The position numbers and the translations under genes are program-made. The notes under the pieces were generated by a model. It saw nothing but the letters and a program-made list of their open reading frames with translations. It was not told the origin of the DNA and ran no database searches. Shown piece by piece: positions 21,139-30,360 of a stretch of 64,000 nucleotides of DNA (positions are counted from its first letter, which is position 1; the number at the start of each line of letters is the position of its first letter). Source of the DNA: an uncultured Alphaproteobacteria bacterium (GTDB lineage: Bacteria > Pseudomonadota > Alphaproteobacteria > Acetobacterales > Acetobacteraceae); contig CAVZQE010000007.1 in assembly GCA_963777325.1 (NCBI GenBank), positions 4,536 to 68,535 on the forward strand, in the 5' to 3' direction.

Positions 21139-21933
21139 CTAACGCGGCGCCGGCCCCGCTTCGAGGGAAGCGAGGTTCTGCCGCGCGAGAGCGGCGGCCG
21201 GCGCTTCGGGCGCGAGCGCGATCGTCCGCTCCCAGTCGGTGCGCGCGCCCGCCAGGTTGCCCCGCCGTTCGCGCACGATGCCCCGCTCGAGCAGCGCATC
21301 GGAATTGTCCGGATCGAGCGCGACGGCGCGGTCGATATCCTCCTGCGCCCGGTCCAGCCTTCCTTCCTTCCGCCACGCGGCGGCGCGGAAGACCAGAGCG
21401 TCCGCCCTGTTGGGGGCAAGGGCGAGCGCCCGGGTCAGGTCGTCGATCGCGTCCATGTAGCGCTCCATCGTCGCGGCGGCGATCGAGCGATCGATGAGCA
21501 GATCCGGATCGTCCGGCGACAGGGAGAGCGCGAGCGTCGCGTCGCCATAGGCCTGTGCCGCATCGCCGGCCATCAGCCAGGCCTGCACCGCCTGACCGTA
21601 GACCGCGGCCCGCGCGAGGCTCGGGGCCCGGCTCGCCGCCGCGAGTTTTTCCAGCATGTCCGCCCCGGTCTGCGCATGCCCGAGCTCGATCTGCGCCAGC
21701 GCCTGACAATGCAGCGCGCCGTCGCCGCCGCCCGTCGCCTGCCAGGCGTCGGCATAGGCGTTGGCGCCCGCCGGGTCGGTGGAGAGCAGACGCAGGCAGT
21801 GCTCGTAGTCCTCGCCTTCGGCAATGCGCGGCGAGACCGGCGGTACCGGCAGGGCGTTCTCACGCGGCTGGGCAAGGACGGGGCACGCCAGCAGGAGTGC
21901 CGCGAGGGCAAGGGCGGGTCCGGAGTTGGTCAT
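21139..21933 (-). CDS. Secreted tetratricopeptide-repeat protein
   Basis: Signal peptide MTNSGPALALAALLLACPVLAQ, followed by TPR-like helical repeats (..YGQAVQAWLMAGDAAQAYGDATLALSLSPDD..). Confidence 0.8.
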   Translation of the reverse strand: MTNSGPALALAALLLACPVLAQPRENALPVPPVSPRIAEGEDYEHCLRLLSTDPAGANAYADAWQATGGGDGALHCQALAQIELGHAQTGADMLEKLAAASRAPSLARAAVYGQAVQAWLMAGDAAQAYGDATLALSLSPDDPDLLIDRSIAAATMERYMDAIDDLTRALALAPNRADALVFRAAAWRKEGRLDRAQEDIDRAVALDPDNSDALLERGIVRERRGNLAGARTDWERTIALAPEAPAAALARQNLASLEAGPAPR

Positions 21934-21992
21934 GACGCGCCTTTTAGGCGGCCCGGCTGAGACGAGCCAGAGGCGGAAGCGGCCGCCCCGGA

Positions 21993-23181
21993 TCAGCGGG
22001 TCGGACTTGCGGCCCCGAGCCGGCTCGGGGCGACGAACGGCCGGACCGTCCGGGACGGCCGCGTCAGGCGTTGGCCGAGCCGCATGGCCGGGTATTCGAC
22101 CAGCCGGCAGTATATATCCGCCGTGAGGAGGGACATGACAAGGATCAGCAGAATCAGCGCGAGATCGCTCACCCGTCCCCACAGCAGATGCACCACGGCC
22201 AGCAGAACGATGTTGTGGGTTAGGTACAGGCTGTATGAGATGCGACCCAGATAGATCAGGCTCGCGTGGTTCAAAACGCGGTCCCATGCCCGGCTGCCGA
22301 CCGCGAGGACGATCAGGATCGCGGCCCCGGTGCCGAAAGCGAGATCGGCCGGAACGAACTCTGTAGGCGGGATCGGTGTTCGGCAGGATCATCGCGTAGA
22401 TGCCGATCCCGCCGAGAGCGGCGACCGCGGCCGGCGGCGAGGATTGCAGCCGTGCGCGGATACGGCCCCGGTATTGCGCGAGCACGATCCCCGCCACGAA
22501 GAAGATCACGAAATATCCGGTGATGACAAACGATTGCAGCACGTCACCGCCGCGGAACGGCGCGCAGTCGAGGGAGCGGCAGCCGATCGCGACCGCCGCC
22601 GCGACGTGCAGCGCGAACGAGGCGGCGAGAGCGCAACCCGGCCATTTGCGGGTGACAAGGAACAGAAGCGGAAAGATCAGGGAGATGCGCAGCTCGAATA
22701 CGAGGCTCCACATGACCGGGTTCAGCGAGTCCGATCCGTTCACGCCCAGCATGAGCAAATGCTTGAAGACCAGCCCGGTCGAGGGGCGATCCGTCCAGGC
22801 CAGGTGATTGAACCAGCTCGAGAGTTCGCCGATCTCGTGCGGGCGTGTCAGGTGGTAGGCGGCCACCGACAGAGCGAGCGAGGCGACGAACGGCAGATAG
22901 ACGCGGCAGATCCGGCGGAGCAGAAATCGTCCCGCGCCGGAGCCGGGACGCTCGAGCGAGCAGGCGAGCACGAAGCCGCTGAGGACGAAGAACAGGATGA
23001 CGGGCGGCCGGCCGGTGACGGCGAGATTAAGCGGCGTCCACGACCACAGAAACGCCGGCAGGCCCGCAGACGGCGTATACAACCCGAGCTTCCAGCAATG
23101 GAACGTCACCACGAGGAGAGCCGCGACGCCCCGCAGCGAGTCCAGCGCCGGCAAGCGCCCTTTGTCCGAACCAGCCATCAT
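21993..23181 (-). pseudogene. Acyltransferase family 3 (OafA-like) membrane protein with one frameshift
   Basis: The N-terminal part (LDSLRGVAALLVVTFHC..MWSLVFELR) is in the 680-aa ORF's frame up to ..DPAYR. The continuation FVPADLAFGTGAAILIV..LIYLGRISYSLYLTHN is in the frame of ORF 21993..22274. The shift is at ~22360. Confidence 0.85.
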
Positions 23182-23461
23182 CCCTCATCGTATCATGACC
23201 CGCCGGAACATGCGTCGGATCGCCGGTCGCGCAATCGCGGAGCCGCCCGATGTTGCATTGGTAGCAGTACCCGTAATCTTCCTACCAAATCCGCAACGAT
23301 TGCGCGGAGTTGAGCGGATGCGGCGGCTGTCGGCGGGTCCGGCAACAATTCGGCTTGAGGCGCTTTGCAGACCGGCTCGATCGTGCAACTAGATGGCGGC
23401 TCGCTGCTTTTGCTCGGCCGCGATACCGGCGGTCAACAAGCTGCCTGCAAGGAGACATCCG

Positions 23462-23767
23462 ATGAGGCTGATACTGGCGGCTTCCGTTACGATCCTGTTC
23501 CTGCATACCGCTCAGCCGGCGCACGCCATCGGATGCCTGAGCGGCGGCGCGCTCGGTGCCGTGGCCGGCCACCAGGTTCATCACGGCGTCATGGGCGCGG
23601 TCGGCGGCTGCGTCGCCGGTCACTACGCCCATAAGCACGCCAAACAGAAGGCGGCCCAGGACAAGGCCGCCGCCGCGAGCAAGTCCTCGGCCGTTCCCGC
23701 GAGCGCGTCGGCGCCGGATGGCTCGACCACGGCCCCCGGCACGCCCGGCGGCGCGACCCAGCCGTGA
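23462..23767 (+). CDS. Small secreted glycine-zipper-like protein
   Basis: AAGGAGA SD then ATG. Signal peptide MRLILAASVTILFLHTAQPAHA, followed by GALGAVAGHQVHHGVMGAVGGCVAG. Confidence 0.65.
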   Translation: MRLILAASVTILFLHTAQPAHAIGCLSGGALGAVAGHQVHHGVMGAVGGCVAGHYAHKHAKQKAAQDKAAAASKSSAVPASASAPDGSTTAPGTPGGATQP

Positions 23768-23901
23768 CCGGCCTGTCACCGCGCCGGTTACGCCGCGCGC
23801 CGCACGCCTGAGTTGCCGCCTGGCTTACCCCGGCCGGGCCCGGGCTACCTCCGGCCGCGCCCGGCCCGAACCGGCCGGACGCGCCGGAGGGGCGGCTGCT
23901 G

Positions 23902-24766
23902 GTGTTCGGTCTCGGCTACACCGGGCGCGCGATCGCCGCCGCCGCCCACGAGGCCGGTTTCGCCGTCACCGGCACGAGCCGCGACCCCGCGCGCCGCCAG
24001 CCGCCGGAGGGTGTCGCGCTCGTTCCGTACGACGCGGCCGGGATCGCGGCGGCGACGCATGTGGCGACGACGATCCCGGTCGGCGAGGCGGGCGATCCGG
24101 TGCTCGGCCGCTATGGCAGCGCGCTCGCTGCCTCGTCTTCGCTCCGCTGGGCCGGCTATCTCTCCACCACCGGCGTCTATGGCGACCGGGGCGGCGGGTG
24201 GGTCGACGAGGACACCGAACCCGCGCCGGCCTCGCCCCGCACCCGCCGCCGCCGTGCGGCCGAGCTGGCCTGGAGCGGCCTTCCCTGCGCCGTCGATCTG
24301 TTCCGGGTCGCCGGCATCTACGGCCCCGGCCGCTCCGCCTTCGACGCGCTCCGCAGCGGCGCCGCGCACCGCATCGTCAAGCCTGGCCACCAGTTCGGCC
24401 GCATCCATCGCGACGACATCGCGCAGGCGGTGGTCGCCGCCATGCTGACGGCCGGGAGCCACCGGGACCCGCGTGTTCAATCTCTCCGACGACGAACCGG
24501 CGGAGGCGGCGCGCGTGACCGAGGAGGCGGCCCGGCTGCTCGGGGTCCCGCCGCCGCCGGAGGTGCCGTTCGAGGCCGCCGCTGCGCGACATGAGCGCTG
24601 ATCGGGCCGCAGCTTCTGGTCGGAGAACCGCAAGGTTTCGAGCCGCAAGACCCAGGAGCGGCTCGGCCTGCGCTGGCGCTACCCGACGTACCGGGAGGGG
24701 CTACGCGCCATCCTCGCCGCCGAGATCGCCGAGCAGGGCGGCGAGGGTCCGGGTCAGCAGGGCTAG
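23902..24766 (+). pseudogene. NAD-dependent epimerase/SDR-family oxidoreductase spread over three reading frames
   Basis: Frame 1 reads (L)VFGLGYTGRAIA..FGRIHRDDIAQAVVAAM. Frame 2 reads TRVFNLSDDEPAEAARVTEEAARLLGVPPP. Frame 3 reads SFWSENRKVSSRKTQERLGLRWRYPTYREGLRAIL. The shifts are at ~24455 and ~24595. The start codon is unresolved. Confidence 0.75.
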
Positions 24767-25469
24767 GTCCGCCGGGCGGGACAGCCGGTGGTCGCCGTCC
24801 TTGACCAGCACGACCCGCACGTCGTCGCTGGCGAGCGCGCGGGCGAGGCGGAGCGACGTCTCCCACGGCACGTCCGGGTCTCGCTGGCCATGCAGCAGCC
24901 GGACGGGGCAGGCGAGGGCGATCCCGCCTTGCATCAGCAGGTGCGCCCGCCCGTCCTCGATCAAGGCGCGGGTAATCACCGTCGGCTCGCCGTACTCGCT
25001 CGGCACGGTGATGCGTCCGTCCCGCATCAGGGCTTCGCGCTGCGGCGTGCATCATCGCCTCCCACATCAGCGTCTCGGTGAAATCGGGCGCGGCGGCGAT
25101 GCCGAGCAGGCCCGCAATCCGCTCCGGCCGTGCGAGCGCCGCCAGCAGCGCGATCCAGCCGCCCATCGACGAACCGACGAGCAGCAGCGGACCTTCGCTC
25201 TGGCGGTCGAGGACGGCAAGCGCGTCCTCGGTCCAGCTTCCGATCGTGCCGTCGGCGAAATCGCCGCCGCTCGCGCCATGGCCCGAATAGTCGAAGCGCA
25301 GCATCGCCTGTCCGCGCTCCGCGCAGAAGGCGGCCAGCAGCCCGGCCTTGGTGCCCTGCATGTCGCTCGCGAAGCCGGGCAGGAACACGACGGTCGGCGT
25401 CCTCCCAAAGCTGCGCATCCAGGCGAGCTCTACCCCGTCGCCGCGATCCAGCCTGCCCGTTCGTTCCAT
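24701..25469 (-). pseudogene. Alpha/beta hydrolase with one frameshift
   Basis: The N-terminal half (VVFLPGFASDMQG..LVGSSMGGWIA) is in ORF 24477..25469. The C-terminal half (MRDGRITVPSEYGEP..LLHGQRDPDVPW..GDHRLS) is in ORF 24701..25027. The shift is at ~25060. Confidence 0.85.
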
Positions 25470-25513
25470 GCCACCTCTTCCCGTCCCGGTGCCGCGTGAT
25501 ATAGGCCGGGCCG

Positions 25514-26648
25514 ATGCCCCGTGCGCCCGTCGTGCTGCAAGTCCTGCCCTCCCTCGTCACGGGCGGCGTCGAGCGCGGCACGGTCGAGATGACGGAGGCG
25601 ATCGCGCGGGCGGGCGGCACGGCGCTGGTCGCGAGCGCGGGCGGCAGGCTGGTCGCCGCCGTCGAGCGCGCGGGCGGGCGGCATGTCGCGCTGCCGCTCC
25701 GAACCAAGAACCCGCTGGCGATCTGGATCAACGCCGGGCGGCTTGCGCGCGCTGATCCGCGAGGAGGGCGTCGGCATCGTCCATGCCCGCTCGCGCGCGC
25801 CCGCCTGGTCCGCCTGGATCGCGGCGCGGCGCACCGGCGTTCATTTCGTGACCACCTATCACGGCGCCTATGGCGAGGGCGTTCCCGGCAAGCGCCGCTA
25901 CAACGCCGTCATGGCGAAAGGCGAGCGGGTGATCGCGATCAGCCGCTACATCGCGGGCCTCGTGGCCGCCCGGCATGGCGTCGATCCCGCCCGTATCCGC
26001 GTCATCCCGCGCGGCGTCGACCCGGCGCAATTCGACCCGGAGGCAGTCGGCGGCGAGCGCCTGCGCGCGGCTCGCGCGCGCCTGGCGGCTGCCGGAGGGG
26101 ATGCGGGCGGTCGTGCTGCCCTGGGCGGCTGACGCGCTGGAAGGGGCAGCCGGTGCTGCTGGAAGCGATGGCCCGGCTCGGCCGGCCCGATGTGTGCTGC
26201 GTGCTGGTCGGGTCCGGGCAGGGGCCGGGCCTCGCCGCCGAGCTGGGGCGTCATGGCGGCCCGCCTCGGCCTCGGCGACCGGCTGCGCATCCCTGGCGAG
26301 TGCGACGACATGCCGGCCGCGCTCGCTCTGGCCGATGTCGTGGTGCATGCCTCAACCAGGCCCGAGGCGTTCGGGCGCGTGGTGATCGAGGCGCAGGCGA
26401 TGGCGAAGCCGGTGATCGCCTCCGACCTCGGCGGACCGGTCGAGACGGTCGCCGACGGCGTCACCGGATGGCGGGTGAAGCCCGGCGACCCGGCGGCGCT
26501 GGCGCGCGCGCTCGATCACGCGCTCGGGCTGCCTCCGGAGGAGCGGGCCGCGCTCGGCGCGCGGGCGCGGGCGGCGGTGCGGCGTGGCTACACGACGGAG
26601 GCGATGCAGGAAGCGACGCTCGCCGTCTATCGCGAGCTGCTCGGATGA
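25514..26648 (+). pseudogene. Family-1/4 glycosyltransferase (LPS-core type) broken by about four frame changes
   Basis: Homologous pieces lie in alternating frames: MPRAPVVLQVLPSLVTGGVERG.. | LRALIREEGVGIVHARSRAPAWS..YHGAY.. | WRLPEGMRAVVLP | GRLTRWKGQPVLLEAMARL.. | LGLGDRLRIPGECDDMPAALALADVVVHAST..EAFGRVVIEAQAM. The shifts are at ~25752, ~26080, ~26120 and ~26245. Confidence 0.85.
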
Positions 26649-27572
26649 GCCGCATCCTCGTCATCCGGCTGGGCGCGCTCGGCGATTTCGTGCAGTCCTT
26701 CGGCCCCTTCGCCGCCATCCGCGCGCGGCATCCGGAGGCGCGGATCACGCTTTTGACCACGCCGCCCTTCGCCGAACTGGCACGGCGCGCGCCCTGGTTC
26801 GACGCGGTCGCGATCGACACCCGGCCGTCCGTCTGGAACCTGCCCGCGCTGCTGCTTCTGGCGCGGAGCCTGCGCGGGTTCGATTTCGTCTACGATCTGC
26901 AGACCTCGGCGCGGTCGTCCCGCTACTTCTGGCTCGCCGGGCGGCCGCCCTGGTCGGGCATCGCGCCCGGCTGCTCGCATCCGCACGCCAATCCAAGGCG
27001 CGACTTCATGCACACGCGGGAGCGGCAGCGCGAGCAATTGCTGATGGCCGGTGTGGAGACGTTCCCGGCGCCCGATCTCGCATGGCTGACGCGGTCTCGC
27101 GGCGATGCGGGGGAGAGCGGCATCAGGGCCGCGTTGCCCGCCGCCCCCTACGCGGTGCTTGTGCCCGGAGCCTCGCCGCACCGTCCCGGCAAGCGCTGGC
27201 CGCATTTTCCGGCGCTCGCCCGGCGCCTGGAGGCGCGCGGGCTGGTGCCGGTCGTGCTCGGAAGCCGAGCCGAGACGCCGCTCGCCGCCGCCATCCGGCA
27301 AGGAGGCTTCGTCCACGATCGACCTCACCGGCCGCACCACCGTCGCCGAGATCGCGAGCGTCGCCGCCAGCGCCGATCTCGCGGTCGGCAACGACACCGG
27401 CCCGATGCACGTCGCGGCCGGGGTCGGCTGCCCGTCGGTCGTGCTGTTCTCGGCGGAAAGCGACCCGGATCTCACCGCGCCCCGCTACCCGGACGGCGGC
27501 TGGCCGACGGTCCTCAGCGCGCCCCGCCTGGCGGACCTCTCGCCCGACAGGGTTGCGGCGGCGCTGCCGTAG
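26645..27572 (+). pseudogene. Glycosyltransferase family 9 (heptosyltransferase-like) with one frameshift
   Basis: Starts MSRILVIRLGALGDFVQSF. Contains VLVPGASPHRPGKRWP, then shifts at ~27300 into ..IDLTGRTTVAEIASVAASADLAVGNDTGPMHVAA. Confidence 0.85.
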
Positions 27573-27614
27573 GGCCATAGACGGCACCCCGTCCGATCTG
27601 GAGCCTGACTGCCC

Positions 27615-29575
27615 ATGCCCGCAATCACCTTGCCCGACGGCTCCGTGCGCCGCTTCGACGGGCCGATCGCGGGCACGACCTTGGCGGCAGAGATCGGTCC
27701 CGGACTCGCGAAAGCCGCGCTCGCGATGAAGCTGGACGGCAAGCTCGCCGATCTCGCGACCGTTATCGACCGCGACGCGTCCGTTGTGTTCGTGACGCGG
27801 CGCGACCAGGATGCGCTCGGCCTCATTCGCCACGACGCCGCGCATGTACTGGCCGAAGCCGTGCAGTCGCTCTATCCCGGCACCCAGGTCACGATCGGCC
27901 CCGCCATCGAAAACGGCTTCTACTACGATTTCGCCCGCAACGAGCCGTTCACGCCGGAGGATTTTCCGGCGATCGAGCAGCGGATGCGCGACATCGTCGC
28001 CCGCGACGCCCCGTTCGAGCGCGAGGTGATCGACCGCGACGAGGCGATCCGCTTCTTCCGCGACAAGGGCGAGCGATACAAGGCGGAGCTGATCGAGGAT
28101 CTGCCGGAAAGCGAGACGATCAGCCTCTATCGCCAGGGCGACTGGGTCGATCTCTGCCGCGGCCCGCATATGCGCGGCACGGCCGACGTCGGCCAGGCGT
28201 TCAAGCTGATGAAGGTCGCGGGCGCCTATTGGCGGGGCGATCACCGCAACGCCATGCTGTCCCGCATCTACGGAACGGCCTGGCGCGATCAGAAGGAGTT
28301 GGACGCCTATCTTCACATGCTGGAGGAGGCCGAGCGGCGCGACCATCGCCGCATCGGCCGCGAAATGGATCTGTTCCACCTCCAAGAAGAGGCGGTGGGC
28401 AGCATCTTCTGGCACCCGAATGGCTGGCGGCTGTATCGCACCGTCGAGGACTACATGCGCCGCCGCCTGGATGCGGACGGCTATCAGGAGGTGCGGACGC
28501 CGCAACTCGTGGACCGCTCGCTCTGGGAGCGGTCCGGCCACTGGGAGAAGTTCCGCGAGCACATGTTCGTCGCGAGGGTGGAGGACGAGGACAAGCAACT
28601 CGCGCTGAAACCGATGAACTGCCCCTGCCACGTGCAAATCTTCCGGCAGGGCATCCGCAGCTACCGCGAGCTGCCGCTCAGGATGGCGGAGTTCGGCTCC
28701 TGCCACCGCTACGAGCCGTCGGGCGCGCTGCACGGCATCATGCGCGTGCGCGCCTTCACGCAGGACGACGCGCACATCTTCTGCACCGAGCCGCAGATCG
28801 CGCCCGAGACCGTGAAGTTCGTGGAGCTGCTCGCCCGCGTCTATCGCGATTTCGGCTTCGAGAGCTTCGCGGTGAAGTTCAGCGACCGGCCCGCGATCCG
28901 CGCGGGCGAGGATGCCGTCTGGGACCGGGCCGAGGCCGCGCTCAAGGAAGCCTGCGCGACCGCTGGCGTCGAATACACGCTCAATCCGGGCGAGGGCGCC
29001 TTCTACGGCCCGAAGCTCGAATTCGTGCTGCGCGACGCGATCGGCCGCGACTGGCAGTGCGGCACCTTGCAGGTCGATTTCGTGATGCCCGAGCGGCTCG
29101 ATGCCGAATACGTGGCCGAGGACGGGTCGCGCCGGCGGCCGGTCATGCTGCACCGAGCCGTGCTCGGCAGCTTCGAGCGGTTCATCGGCATCCTGATCGA
29201 GCAGTATGCCGGCCGCTTCCCGCTCTGGCTCGCGCCCGTGCAGGCGGTGGTCGCGACCATCGTGTCGGACGCCGACGTCTATGCGCGCGAGGTCGCCGCC
29301 GCGCTGCAACGCCGCGGGCCTGACCGTGAGAGCTCGACCTCTCGAACCAGAAGATCAACGCAAAGGTCCGGGAGCACAGCCTCGCGCACGTGCCGGTGCT
29401 GGTCGTGGTCGGCCGCCGGGAGGCGGAGCAGCGAACGGTCGCGCTGCGGCGGCTCGGCTCGCAGGCGCAGGACGTGGTCGCGCTGGATGCAGCCGTCTCT
29501 CGCCTCGCGGCCGAGGCGACGCCGCCCGATTTGCGGGAGTCGGGCGCCGCAAACAATTTCGGCGACGGTGCTTGA
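27615..29575 (+). pseudogene. thrS: Threonine-tRNA ligase; the C-terminal anticodon-binding domain is displaced by two apparent 1-nt insertions
   Basis: TGS, editing and class-II core domains are intact (..[26 protein letters not shown]..). After ..EVAAAL the frame steps 0->1 at ~29307 (NAAGLTV) and 1->2 at ~29330 ([32 protein letters not shown].. ends at 29575). Confidence 0.93.
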
Positions 29576-29608
29576 TCGGCCTCGGCCCGAACGGCAAATT
29601 GACGGGAA

Positions 29609-29640
29609 CCGGGGTGCGAACCCCGGCCCGTGCTGTTTGT
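29609..29640 (+). terminator. Hairpin plus T-rich stretch between thrS and infC (weak terminator or attenuator candidate)
   Basis: ccggggtgcgaaccccgg (6-bp GC stem) is followed by cccgtgctgtttgt. Confidence 0.3.
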
Positions 29641-29682
29641 AAACCCATGCTGTTTTTGTAGACGACGACAGGAGATAGCCCC

Positions 29683-30220
29683 ATACCCCGTGGACCCATG
29701 GCCGCCCCGCCGACCCGCGACGGGCCCCGCGTAAACGAGGAGATCCGTGCTCTTCAGGTACGACTGATCGACCAGGATGGCGACATGCAGGGCGTGATGA
29801 GCGCCCGCGACGCGCTGTCCGCGCGCCTATTCCGTCGGCCTCGACCTGCTCGAAATCAGCCCGAACGCAGACCCGCCGGTCGTGAAAATCCTCGACTTCG
29901 GCAAGTTCAAATACGAGCAGCAAAAAAAGAAGAACGAGGCCAAGAAGAAGCAGAAGGTCATCGAAATCAAGGAAGTCAAGGTTCGTCCGAACATCGACGA
30001 GAACGACTACCAGACCAAGCTGCGCGCCATGAAGTCCTTCATCGAGGAGGGCGACAAGGTCAAGGTCACGCTGCGCTTCCGAGGCCGCGAGATGGCGCAC
30101 CAGGACATCGGCGTCAGGGTGCTTGAGCGCATCCGGACCGAGATGGACCCGGTCACCAAGGTCGAGCAGATGCCGAGGATGGAAAATCGGCAGATGATCA
30201 TGGTGCTGACGCCCCGCTGA
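29683..30220 (+). pseudogene. infC: Translation initiation factor IF-3 with one apparent 1-nt insertion; probable rare ATA start
   Basis: The N-terminal part (PPTRDGPRVNEEIRALQVRLIDQDG..) is in frame 1. [39 protein letters not shown] is in ORF 29882..30220. The shift is at ~29820. AGGAGA lies 7 nt before an in-frame ATA at 29683; the first ATG (29698) is 22 nt from the SD. Confidence 0.9.
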
Positions 30221-30360
30221 GGGGCGTCGGTCCGGCCGCTTGCCCGGTAGTGGGAAGATCTGCCTCAGCTCTGCCATAAAAAATGGCGAAACCGGGTGCG
30301 GCGGCCGTTGCGATCCGCCGTCATCCTGCCTCCCGCTGAGAAGGAGTTGCGGATCATCCC

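Noticed and set aside
21139-23181. Single 680-aa ORF
   Set aside because: It is a chimera. The frameshifted acyltransferase-3 N-terminus reads through junk sequence into the separate signal-peptide TPR protein, which starts at 21933.
24701-24766. 66-nt convergent overlap of the epimerase and hydrolase 3' ends
   Set aside because: Both genes carry frameshifts, so their apparent stops may be displaced. This is not reliable evidence for overlapping coding.
25514-27580. Single 688-aa ORF spanning both glycosyltransferases
   Set aside because: It stays open by chance across frame-shifted segments. Conserved GT1 and GT9 motifs are distributed over all three frames.
27615-30220. Programmed ribosomal frameshifting in thrS or infC
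   Set aside because: There is no slippery heptamer, internal SD plus stop arrangement (as in prfB) or downstream pseudoknot at the shift sites. Identical +1 lesions occur in many unrelated genes nearby.
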